NCBI GenBank assembly: GCA_004022145.1
Contig: RCNU01000002.1
Reading direction: 5' to 3' (one strand)
From: Paecilomyces variotii
Lineage: Eukaryota
Length of the DNA: 64,000 nucleotides
The notes under the pieces are model-generated. The model did not search any database, was not told where the DNA came from, and worked only from the letters and a program-made list of their open reading frames with translations. Each line of letters starts with the position of its first letter. Position 1 is the first letter of the stretch. This document shows, piece by piece, positions 12,001 through 25,882 of the stretch. The translations under genes were made by a program, and so were the position numbers.

Positions 12001-13890
12001 CTGGTCAGGTAAGTATACCATTTCACCAGACATGCAGCCCGTCTACCGTACTGCATTTGATGCGGTGAACAAGTAGCCGGAACTCAGCGGTGAACACAAT
12101 CAATCTCCTCTCGCGTCAGTGGCTGAAGTCAATCATCTATTGCCACGAAAATCAGCATCGGCTCGACATGGATCTTTAATAATATGGCTTAGTAGAGAGA
12201 TGAGAGATAAGAAGTGAAAAGTTTTTAAAGAAAAATTTTCCTTCCACATTCTGTTTCCAACGTTGCAGTGCGCAGTGTGCAGCTGTCCTGATCCCTGTAC
12301 GCCTCGGGGCGTCAAATTTGTCAATGAGCCACTCGTGCTTACTTTCCCTTCGCGGTAACTACACGAGCAGTTGCGTAATATTGGCTGTCAAAAGTCTCCA
12401 TTATTATTATTATTGTCGAACGGTCGACGCTAATTGATCAATTAATCGCTGGAAGAGGGATGGCAGCCACGTGAGATTTGCTCCAACTTGCTCCAACTTA
12501 CTCCAACTCGGTATACGACCGACGGGTTGAAGTTTATTCTTCGAGATCATCTCCGCAACCAGGAGGTTCCTGTTGAGCGTAGCGAGGGGGAATGCCACGC
12601 GGACCACTCCTATGTGGGGGATGACAGCTCGTCGAACGCAATTCTGACGATGAACGATTATCTTGCAACGAGACGATCTGGTATTACCGGTCCACGCACT
12701 GGTGAAGCTCTTTCAAGATTTTTAGAGTATCCCTGCGGTAGACATGCCCGCCGTGCCTGTCATGTTCAAAACGCTTCTTCGCTGACGGGTTGCTTCGAAT
12801 GGACAATGCGTGATGTGTCCCTTCTCCAGCCAGTCGCGGGGTGTTCGGATACGCGGCCATCTGGGGGATACAACCCTCCTCTCTCTCACTGGCCAAGAGG
12901 ATACTGATCCCGAAAGCACTGCCGTGTTCCCTGGTTGCGAGTCGAACAAACTTCGCCATCTCGCGTGCTGCTAACGTTGCGGCGCTTGTTTCTCCACCGG
13001 TAGAAATTTTTTGCACGTTCAGGGCAGAGTCCGTGCGAGCAAAGGAGGAAAAGAGCGAGAGGCAAAACCAGAGGTTCGTTCATCGAGAACCAGCATGCTG
13101 GGTGGTCAGGAACACCAACAAGAGTATCACTGATGATCTATCCGACGGGAGGAATAGATACATCACTTCTGTAACGAAACCGGTTTTTTTTGGCTGGGAA
13201 GAACAATCCTATCCTACTCTAGAATACTGTGCTTTACTCGACGAGTATATACCATAGAGAAGCGCCGGTAACGGGCCCAACACGGGCGCCATCCGCGGTT
13301 CTCCGTCACATCGACAGTCCCCGACAGCCATTCTGCATTCGTACAAATAAGACACCGACGAGAAATCAGTTACTACTACTACTATCAAATTCTCTCTTGA
13401 CAAACTCAGATATCGGCCGTGCGGGACCCGACCAACTGGAGAGTCGTCGCTAACCCGCCCTGGACAACGGACGACCCACGCACCACACTGCTTAGGCATG
13501 GGGTACTCTACAAGACATTCCGATCTGATATTATTATTATTATGGATTCCGTCGTCGCCTTCTGCTGACCAGAACTCTGCCTCGAGGGTTTCTTGCTCCT
13601 CTTGCACCGGGTTCCAGGCAGACGACCGTCAATATCGTTGCACTGCCTGTTCTTTTCTCTGCCCTGTGTTGCACTGACATCTCAAGCTTCGATAGAATCT
13701 GATTGATCTCACGCGACCTCGGCCATTCTTCGCCTCGGATTCCTTCGCGCGGAGACCATGGAGACTTTGTTGTTCCGATCTGATAGCAAAATAGATCTAT
13801 GGCGGATGAGAACAAAGTAGTCCTGGTTTTCAGTCGAGCAGCTCGCGCTGGGGGTTTACCCCGCGGGCACTGTGTCTCTGTCGATCAAAC

Positions 13891-16721
13891 ATGCAGAGCC
13901 GCAGAGCCGCCGTTCTGGTGGTGTCGATTATACTCTTTGCCATTGCTACGGTCATTGTTGTATTGCGCTTCATATCAAGGATCGCTATTGTCAAGAAGGT
14001 CCTGTTGCATGATTACTTGATGCTGCTAGCATGGGTAAGTGCAGAGCTTCCGTACAACCGCTCCGCGTTTGCGACTGACTCGTGGAAAGGTGCTCGACCT
14101 TGGTTTTTCGGTCTCCCTCTTCGTCGCGACCTCGAAAGGGTTAGGTCTTCACGAGAAAGATGTCAACCCGGCTGATCAGCCCGTTCTTAACCGGGCGGAA
14201 TACACCTTCACGGTGCTCTATGTAAGTAATGCAACCAGAAGCGACCACAGAATCCCACACTGGCGTATACTGAACGAACGCTCTTTCCTTTTAGAACCCG
14301 GTATTAATGGCGATGAAAACATCAATCCTCGTCTTCTACCTCACCCTGACTAGAACAGACAAATTCTTTCGGTGGGCCAATTATGTGACCCTGGGTGTGG
14401 TGAACATCGCGGGCTTTGCGTTGACGTTTGTCAACCTCTTTCAGTGCCGTCCGGTGGGCGCAGCTTTCACCTATCCAGTACCAGCTCATGCGACATGTAC
14501 GGACATCGTCACTCTGTACCTCTCGTCTGCTCCCGTCAATATCATCACGGACCTCCTGATCCTCGTTCTCCCCATGCCTATATTGACGAGGATGCGCCTC
14601 CCACAGAAACAGAAGATCATTTTGGTGCTCACCTTCAGTTTCGGCTTCTTCGTCGCAGTCGTGGATGTGATTCGAATCGCTTATCTGCAGAACGCCTCGA
14701 CATCCCGCTTCTTGGCGTATAAAGCGTACGACACTTCCTATAACAATTCTGTGGAGTATTCCGACTTCACCTGGTACGCTTCTCTGGCGTTTATGTGGTC
14801 TGCTATCGAAGTCAACGTTGGTATGATATGCGCCTGCGTCCCGAGTCTTAAGCCCCTCGTATCTCGGATATTTCCCAGAATGCTTCGCGACACCGACGAA
14901 GTTACCTATGATGGTTCGGTCGAGCCTCCCAGACCATCCGCGGACATGGCTGCCACGACCCCTTCTCCTCCGGGCCCAAGAGCTATGGCACCTGGTTTGC
15001 GTAACTCCGGTTCCGGCGTCACTGGCAGTGGAAGTGGGAGCAGAACTGGAACGGGATGGAGCGGCGACGATACGATCAGGAACAGCTCCGCAGGGCAGAG
15101 TACATTTATGGAATTTCTGCTGTCTTCACAGCGAAGGGAAAATGTTGAAGAAGCAGACACGACGAATGCCGGTGGCACCGTGCAGCGGCACATTCATTTC
15201 TTCGATTTCGTCAATGTGAATCAACCGAAGAGCATGCTGAAGATGACCAATAAAGAGTCCATACTTCCCATCGCATCGACCACGATCCTTTTTTTCCTAT
15301 TGGGTTTCGCGTACGGCCTATTGGATATCTTGAACGACCAGTTCCAGAAGGTCATCGAGTTGGACTCATGGAGCTCACAGGGCATGCATGGCGCCTACTA
15401 CGGCGGTTATTTGGTCGGTCCGTTCCTCGTCGGTTATCCGGTTCTTACGAAATGGGGCTTCAAGCCAACCTTCATGACGGGCTTGTTCATCTACGCCTGC
15501 GGGAGTCTGATCTTCTGGCCTTCTGCTGTCCTGACCTCGTTTTCGGCCTACATAGTATCCAACTTCGTCGTGGGTTGTGGACTTGCCGTTCTGGAGACCG
15601 CAGCGAATCCGTTCATCTCGCTCTGTGGGCCACAGGAGAACTCCGAAATCCGATTGAACATATCCCAAGGTGTTCAGGCTATTGGCAGCGTGGTTTCTCC
15701 GCTGCTTGCCAAGAAGGTGCTCTTCAAGCAGGTTAAGGATGCGCCAAGCTTTGTGGATGTTCAGTGGACCTACTTGGCCATTGCCCTCTTTGATATGCTC
15801 CTGGCAGTGGTCTTTTACTATATGCCTATCCCGGAAGCATCCGACGAGGACCTGAAAGAACTAGCTTATCAGCGCCACGATGATAACTCTGCCAAGGTTG
15901 GGCCGATTCCTGTCGTTTGGCTCACCTTCGGACTGGGTGTGTTCTCGATGTTCTGCTATGTCGGTGGCCAGGAGACAGTCTCTACCAACCTCGAACCTCT
16001 TGTGGATTACTTGAAACCCAAATCTTCCAGTCTCAGTTCTTTTGAATATCTCACAATCGGTCATACAGTGTTCGCAGTCGGGCGCTTCCTGACAGCATTT
16101 GCTCAGTGGATCCTCAAACCTCGCTGGATCCTTCTTGTCGCATATATCGGCATGATCGTATTTTCGATTCTCTGCATGAACGTTTCAGGTTATGCAGGCA
16201 TTGCCATGGCATTGATGGTGTATGTTTTCGAAAGCGGCGTCTTCAGCATCATCTTTGCAATCTCTCTGCGCGGCACCGCTCAATACACCAAGACCGCAGC
16301 AGTCATAATGACCGCTGCCATCAGCGGTGGAAGCGTCTTCCCTTTCCCACAATACGCCGCTTCTAGGGCGCGCGGTGTCCAATACTCGTTCTGTGTCACC
16401 GTCGCTGTTTTCTGTGCGGGCGCGATCTTCCCATTGTACCTGAATCTGGTCCCAGCAGCCCGCAAGCAAGTCGATCCGGTGCCTAACGAATACTTGCGTC
16501 GACATCATCCGCTACGACATCTTCAAAAACAAGACATCGTCGGTGAAAAGGACGACTCCCCTCGCGGTGGAGTAGCATCCCGACGAGGCAGCGGCAACTC
16601 GAATCTATTTGCCGATTGTCAAAGACCAGCAGCCAGCCATCGACGCGATTACACGAGCATGACCGGCTCTACCAGCACTGGTGGCATCATGCACGAACTC
16701 GCACCATGGCCAAACACATAA
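13891..16721 (+). CDS. Fusion protein: N-terminal PTH11-like fungal rhodopsin (7TM GPCR-like) domain plus C-terminal FucP/glucose-galactose family MFS permease
   Basis: Exons 13891-14034, 14090-14221, 14295-16721. The N-half has PTH11-like hallmarks (LRFISR..DYLMLLAW, GLGLH, KTSILVFY, FQCRPV, NIITDLLILVLPMP, IRI, WSAIEVNVGMICACVPSLKP). The C-half has FucP hallmarks (GLLDILN, LETAANPF, RLNISQG, FCYVGGQ). Both domains continue within one stop-free 804-aa ORF. The exact start codon is uncertain. Confidence 0.88.
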
Positions 16722-16970
16722 AATCCCTCAAACATCCTTCTACATTTCTCATTTTCCCTATCTCTTCCTTGCACTTTTTTCTCTTTTCTTATCCATTGAT
16801 ACCCCCTATCTCGTTAGATGTCCCACACCTGACATTAAACTCTCTTATCCACAGCAGAAAACTGCATCTGCGCTTTCAGATACCAACGGTCTATCTATCC
16901 CATTTATCTTCTCATACTACCTTTTAATCTATCAGATCCTTTTTGTGACTTTTATAATGTAGATACTCTT

Positions 16971-17073
16971 CTTTCTTCCTTTCTTTCTTCCTTTCTTTCT
17001 TCCTTTCTTTCTTCCTTTCTTTCTTCCTTTCTTTCTTCCTTTCTTTCTTCCTTTCTTTCTTCCTTTCTTTCTT
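16971..17073. repeat. Polypyrimidine minisatellite, about 8 copies of CTTTCTTTCTTC
   Basis: Direct reading; it produces the spurious KKER/RKKG repeat ORFs on the minus strand. Confidence 0.95.
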
Positions 17074-17929
17074 CTTTTCTTTTCTTTTTTTGTGACGATA
17101 CACTTCATTTTTTCCACACCCATACATACTTTAGTTATAATATGTGTAGTTATGTTTTTTTTTCCTTTCAAGCGACGGCGTTACCATTAGACAACAATTT
17201 TCGCATCCTATCCACTTGCATTGGGAGAAAAGCTTTTTTTCTAATTTTTTTTTATTTTGGGTCCTTCTCCAAATTAAAAGTTACGTGACATGCGGGGGGG
17301 AACTAGAAGACAAGTTTTTTTTTTTTGTTTTTCTCTTTTTTAGAATCATTTTTAGTCAAGGGACTTACTTCTCTTTACATTCTATCAAGTATATAGAGTA
17401 CATACATGGTTATCATATTCTTATTCGCTGTTTTATAGAATAGATGCTTCGCATAATATATCGGTGCAATACATATCTATGTCCTGTCTTGCTATATAAC
17501 TTGTAAGCGTTAACTACCGTGAGTAATTAGTTAAGTGTTGTTGTTGTTGGGATTCCTGGGGCGGGATACCACATGACTTGCACGAAGGCTGCGTTGTCGC
17601 TGGATATGGCTGAGACGTCGGAATGGATCTACAACCACTTAATATCATTACTATCGGTCTTCACGTTCTACCAGGAAAAAAAAAAGATCGAGTTTATGAT
17701 CGTAATCATCTATATTCATTTTTCATTCCGTAGCTAACCGAAAGGCCAAAATATATCGCTAGAAGTACCAATGCCAAAACACACGGCTCCACGCCAACAG
17801 GAGGTATATATAGTCCATGAAAGAGATATGTCTATATCTCTATATTGAGAAAGAAGAGAAAAAAAAAAATATGTATCAAGTCAAGAAGGGAAGAGAGGGA
17901 TCAGCAAACCAGTGCTGTTCGGATGGCCC

Positions 17930-19516
<1,587 letters not shown>

Positions 19517-19902
19517 TTTGACGATTGAAGAAAAGTCTTTTTTTAAAATTGAAGGGGGAAAAAAGAGCTCAATGGAGAGGTATGTATAAAAAAGTCAAGG
19601 ACGATCACGAGGGAGAATACCAACGTATATTCTTTCCAGACAAGACAAGACAGAACAGACCAGAGACTCGACCACGACAGAAAGAAGCAATCCGAGATGA
19701 AGAAGAAAGAGAAGAAAAGAAGGGAAAAAAGGAGGGGGCGTCTGGCGGGGAAAGAAGGGATTTTATGGGCGGGCAGAGGGGGTTTCCGTCGACGAAAAGA
19801 ATAAGGTAAAGCAATGCTCGGGTCGTCCGCCGGCTGCTCACCGCCCGCCCATCCCGAGCGTCTGGCTGGCTGGCTGGCTGGCCAGTTCTGCCCCGACATC
19901 GC

Positions 19903-19973
19903 CCGTTGGCCGGGCTCGCCACCGGAGCCGGAAAGGCCAGATCGGGCAGGTTTCTCCGTCCGACGTCGGACGG
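19903..19973. promoter_or_regulatory. Cluster of Zn2Cys6 (Leu3/LeuB-type) sites upstream of gdhA, including an 18-bp perfect palindrome
   Basis: CCG-N5-CGG at 19903-19913, CCG-N4-CGG at 19922-19931, and CCGTCCGACGTCGGACGG at 19956-19973 (self-complementary, with CCG-ACGT-CGG at its core). CCG-N4-CGG is the Leu3 consensus and Leu3/LeuB are known activators of fungal NADP-GDH genes. Confidence 0.65.
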
Positions 19974-20832
19974 CGCGACTCATGGCCTTCTGTCACTGTT
20001 TGCGGTCTTCCCACTCGCTCGGGCTGCTTCTTATCTGGCCACCCCAGAAGCTGCCGAAATCGCACGGAGAATGCCCCCTCCTCCCCGCATTCAATGAAGG
20101 AAATTTGGTCTCGTGTCCGGGGAGGGCACGTGCGTCTCCGGTTTAGCGTCCAGCCTTACGGGATTCAATTTTGTATTATCCAACTGATAACTGGTTCACT
20201 TGCAGCACACACTTTGCTCTCGAAACTTGAACAGTGAATATCTGGATTCGATACTATTAATGTAACTCAACACGAAGAAGACGTCGAAAATAGGGCACAG
20301 ATGAATTTATACCCAACAAGGATCAACGACTGTTGATATGGTAGTTTCTATGGAAATACGCTCGCAAGCATCTTTGAAAAGGTATAAGGAATTCTGTTCT
20401 GCTGGCTTGAAACAAATAATACAATGACTTGTCAGCGCTCACGGCTTCAATGGAGGCGAGCTGCAAAACGCCACTACTATTCTATGTACAGGTGGTGGCA
20501 GTGCTCCAGGCAGCAGTCGTTCAGGATGACGTCCATGGGCATAAATAGTCAATAAATTTCATCCCCTCTAGCTCTTTAAGCAATCAAGCTCTCAGTCCCG
20601 TATCAGATGCTATTTCAACATCCTTCCTTCCGTGGTCTTCGATCCTGACATAAATTGACGGTGAGATATGAGATGAGATTAGGCTGAGTCTATTGTTGGC
20701 ACGGCGTGAACGACGGAAAAAGTAATGTACGTCTCTATTATTTGTTCCCTATTCTACTCGATACATTCTGCCGTGTGACAGAGAGTGTGGTTCCCGTGTC
20801 CCAGCACAAATACAAGGTCTTGATAACATTGT

Positions 20833-22039
20833 TCATGGCGCGTCGACCGGGTCCCAATCTGTATTTGTTAGTTAGTATGTACGCACCTTGCAGACAAAAC
20901 AGGACGACCGAATACTTACCCGTCACAAGGTATTCATCCAACCCATCCAGGGTCTTCATGTCAGCCTCGTCAATCTCAAATCCGCCCACATCCGCGTTCG
21001 AAATGATCCGCTCCTTCGACGTGCTCTTCGGCAGCGGCACGTATCCATGCTGCAGACTCCATCGCACCAGCAGCTGGGCCCAAGTGCATCCATACTTCTT
21101 CGACAGCGCGACAACGGTCGGGTGACTCTTGCGATACGCACGTGCCAGTGGCGCATACGCTTCCACCACGATGTTGTTCTCTTGACAGAATGAAGTGATA
21201 TCGGTGCGAGTATTGAACGGATGCACCTCAATCTGGTTGACCGCAGGACGGATGCGAGGGCTCGATCCAAGCAGCTCCTTCAGATGTCGGACACCAAAGT
21301 TGCTGACCCCTCCCGTGCGGATTTCATTATCCAGAATGGCATCCTCAATAGCGCGCCAGGCCTCAAGTCGCTGAGCCTTTCCGCCATAGGGACTGTGGAT
21401 GAGGAAGAGATCAATGTAGTCCAGCCCTGAAACACTCAAAGACTTCTTGATCGACCGACGGGTGGCGTCGTAGCCATTGTTGGAAGCCAGCTTCGTTGTG
21501 AAGAAGATATCCTCCCGCGTCAGTCCATTGGGCTTGTTCTTCTCTTTCTCGAGGAAGGACAGGATGGCACGGCCGACCTCCCTCTCATTGTGGTACATCT
21601 GAGCACTATCGACCCTGTTTCATCATTCCAGCATTGAAGCCTCAGAGTCAGCTTGTTTGATCCGACAAGAGGATCCGATCTGGTCTAGCGAGACTGGACA
21701 CACCCTCGATATCCGGCCTACGCAATGGAACCGTCAGCTGGTCTGGTCCACAGTGGTGAAACATTGACTATCCAGATGACCAGCAACTCACCTCTAGGGC
21801 CCATTTGACTGCATTCTCGGTCTCCTTCCCAGAGGTCATGTAGACTCCTAGCTGGATCTGCGGCATGAACGCGCCATTGGGAAGCTATACGAAACAGGCA
21901 ATCGCAGACGGTGTCAGCAACCATGAACCGATGGATCAATTGACCCTCAAGAATGAGAAAGTGCTAGAATTAGGGATGGAGATCCAGTTCTGACCTTGAT
22001 CTTCGTCGACAGGGAAAATACGTTCTTGGGAGACGCCAT
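20833..22039 (-). CDS. Aldo-keto reductase (AKR family)
   Basis: Spliced model: [15 protein letters not shown] / [19 protein letters not shown]...WALE / AGYRG / [10 protein letters not shown]...FFTTKL...[10 protein letters not shown]...GVSNFG...NQIEVHPF...PLPKS...DEYLVT / DWDPVDAP*. The catalytic Asp, Tyr, Lys and His are all visible. Confidence 0.93.
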
Positions 22040-25000
22040 GCTGACCAATCGGACTGGAAGCGCAGGATCCGAGGCTGAAGATAGCACCGAGATTCTTCGT
22101 ATCCCGATGATCAACAATGAATGAACAGAAACTTTACGCGAAAGCTCAGAGCTCGGTGTATCTCGTTGACGACGGTAGGTAGTTGCTGGTGTTCAAGTCT
22201 GCCGGATTCCTGGGCTACGGGATCTATGACGCATGGTCACGGGCCGAAAGAGGAGGGGAACAAGAGTGGGGCGTTCAAGCCACAGTTCTGGGCCCGACAC
22301 GGGAGGCTACAGTAATCGTACTCCCAAGTTACTATGAGAACTGCCAGAATGATCGATTTCCATCAGCATTACTCACCAGGACTTGACTGATCACAATGGA
22401 TGATATTGCGGTGTCGCAATTTTGAGACTAAATAGTTCTGTCGATCAACTACATGATTCTCCCCATTCTTCTGGTGTCTGAGTGTCTGTGGACCTGTCTG
22501 TTCCCAGTGCAGCAAAAGCCTCATCAAGGTCTCGGGGTCCGGCGGAAGCTGTGGCTAGAGCAACACCAGTGGCTGATGATGATGGCTGCAGGTCCAAATA
22601 CTTACTAGTAAGCTATGGCGGTGCCAACCTGCATGGGCCAAAATTCCAGGATGCGGATCGGATCGACTAGCCACAGTGGCTTCATAGTAAGCTAGAGGAT
22701 TCTAACTAATGTGTGGCTGTAACTAGTTCTGCATCGCTATGTGGCTGGTGCGATCTTCTTCTGTTTCGCACAGGGCACTATCGATATTCTCCCAGTCGGT
22801 GTCTCCGCCGCACCCTCTTGAGATGAGACAAACCAGAGTAAGCTGCTTACGTGCCCTATACTGCATTGTGAAGTAAGTCTTTGCATTTGGCCCCTTACAT
22901 GCCTTTTGTGGCAGCAATATCTTTTTCCCTGTTGTGGCACATTCAGTGAACGTGGTCTGCATCTGGCTAGGTAAAGTTCCAAGCTACAGCTGAAAACTTT
23001 GACGGCTCGAGTATTCAAGCCACAGCTGCACGGATGATCGATGGGACTAGTACTGCAGATGCGGCTACAGCATCGTGGTGAGCCGCCAAAGGTGCATCAT
23101 GTTGTCGATAGCTGTGGAGAATTAGGGCCACACAGGTCTGGCGTTCTATTTTGCTTCAGGAATCAGTACTGAGCATACTCAATTAATAATTTAGACTAAG
23201 GTTCGGCTATCGCTCTGCATGAAACTAGTTGAGTTTAAAAAAAAAAACTCTTGATTGCTGGCTTGCGATATCGTTTCCAAAACGGGTAAATAGTGGTCGA
23301 CTCGGGTCCTGGGAGCAAAACACAGACCATGACCATCGACAAAACATGCAAGCAGCAGTTTAGTCATGGGGCTTCTTTTTGTTTTTGTCTCTTCTTTTTT
23401 CTCTTGCAGGGGTTCGGTGATGGCGACAGCTGACTGATAGGTCCCCTACATTGTGTAACTAACTTACTTGCCAGTATACCGCTCAACGCCCGCGGGATAA
23501 GCTGGAGAAGGATCGAGTAGTAATAAATAGCATTCCTTACTTGAAAGATCGAGATGCAGAAAGAAATTTTGAGTGGCAAGCCGCTTAACCCCTGAGGATG
23601 CTCAGATTAGCGCTCACACCAGAAAAAAAAAGATAAAAATTCTACAGCAGCTGAAACCGAACTGTGGCGAGTGCCGCCAACGCGATGCGGTTCCTGGACA
23701 TGCGATGCGGCCTTTTGCGTCCGCTGTCAAAGCAAGTCGTAGGTATGCGGAGGATGCACGGAGTTAGTTTCCGCAGAATAAACTGCCCTATCTGGAATAG
23801 CATCTCAACCACATAAAGTGTTCTTTGTGAAATGATTTCCATTATTTTTATTATCATACTCATTGTAGATTACCGGTTCGGTGGAGAACACTAGGCCACA
23901 GGGGAAAAAAAAAATTAAAAATTAAAAAGCTCAGGATGCGTTTCCCGTAATGGGAGAAACCGATTGGCCAATGTAGCCAGTACATCTAACTTAGAGTCCT
24001 AGACCAACTCGAGAGAGCCAAAAAAAAATAAAAATAATGTTGGATCCCCCTTGGTGGACTTCATGGGATAGACCGGGTGAGAGATGAGCGGGACTGCTTG
24101 TCCCGCTCAACGGACGGCACGACTCTTACCTGGTCGAGTAAAGAGTCCACCGTCCAGATCTGCCCGGGCTTCTCCAGCAAGCGTGGAGATCTGGCGAACT
24201 GACTCCTCTCCCATGCTCCGCCTCTGGGGATCCTCGTGTTGGACCAATCTATTCAATCTGGTTCAATCTGGCCCCATACCTGTCTTCCCGGCGATTCTGC
24301 GGCAGGAAAAACATGGCGGATCTGCTGGTCGTCTCCCCTGTACATGCCAGACAAGACGTTCGCGGACGTCAGCCCTTGACCCAACTGCCGTCAAAGTGTC
24401 ACGGCCCCGACCGTTTGCTGGCAGCTGAAGCGCACCATTGAACCCTGTAGATCCCACAGCAACCAGGGACACAGTTCTCGCGAACACACAGACATGCTAC
24501 AGTACTATCTATCTACTACCTACGGGTGGCATTCGCTTTCGGTCTGCTTGGCCCTCAGCGGGCGGGCGATCCATTCGTGGGTGTCATTGAACTAGCCCGC
24601 TAGGGACATTATTGAGGCTGTCACTGCTTCTCAAGATCAATGCTTTCCAAGAAACGGCGGGTCGCCAATTAATTGTCTCTTACTCACGGCCGGTGGGCTG
24701 CAGAATTCCTCAGTAACGCCGGGTCGTCCATGAAGAGCGGTCTCGGTCCGTCGTTTCGTTCCACGCCGGAAGGGCCATGCAAACGCCGTCGCTCAGAGTC
24801 CGAATTCGTCCTTGCTGTCCCCCTATGGTGCAGGTCATACTTACTACTACTATGACTATCTACTACTACGACTAGTGGAAAGGGCCCGTCTGTGGACGCT
24901 GCGAGTTGGGAATCGCAAGGACGATGATCATCATGGATCTCTGCCCGGCGTGAAGCAGGGGTCATTTGCAGCCCACTGCGGATTGCCATCTGCCCTCCAG

Positions 25001-25882
25001 ATCGATCCGGTCAGAAAGAAAAAAGATCGTCCCCGAACAAGCAGAAGGGTACCGGCGCTGTGGGAATGGCGAAACCTCTAGCTTGGCGAATCCGCGGCCG
25101 GAATCCTATCCCCATTCCCCTAGCCCTGTGCAAGCCACAGCTGCACGGATGATATCGATCTGGCGATGAAGGCCCGATCGTCCCAGGGTCCACTCGGTCG
25201 AAGGACTGGGCGATGGGGAAGACCAGCATCATCTTTGCCATCGTTGCTTCTTTCCCCATCAGCCTGTCTGATTCGCAGCAGCGCCAGATCTACTCTAGAG
25301 TGGCCTCTCTACACTAGTTTGTAAAGCTAGCTGACCCGGATGGCATGCACTGCAGTTCGCTTCTATTCAGCTCCGCAGAGCCTGCTCCTCCTTGTTAAAA
25401 ACCATCTGGGATGCGATGCGATGTCCGGGCTTCATAAGTTCTATTGTTTCCCCCATCGAACTCCCTTCTTGGTCCCTCATCATCTTTCCTTCCTGGCCCT
25501 CATGCGACGTCTCCTTCTTAACGTGGACCGTCGCCCCTTTCCGATTCGGACGGCTTCCGGTAGCAGATATCCATGAATGATCCCCGCCCCAACAGACAGT
25601 CGAATTTCTCAGTTAGAAATATTTTGCGCCCATCTTCTTCTACTCGGTCTTCGACCCTGTCTCGACGGGATAGGCTCTCTCTCCTGATCCGTCGCGGTAG
25701 AGCCTACTTTTCGCGCAAGTAACTGGCTCCTGCCCTCCTACTTTGGTTTTGCTGCTATATACATACAACAACCCTACCCTCCTGTCCTTCGTCTCCACCT
25801 GCCAGTCGTACGGGCGGAATCGCTGAGATCTGTATCCAGCAGACGTCCCGCAGAGCGGCCGCAATATCCCTCCAACCCCCTA

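Noticed and set aside
16924-17171. Lys/Arg-rich repeat ORFs (KKER, RKKG)
   Set aside because: Translation of the 12-mer minisatellite, not a gene.
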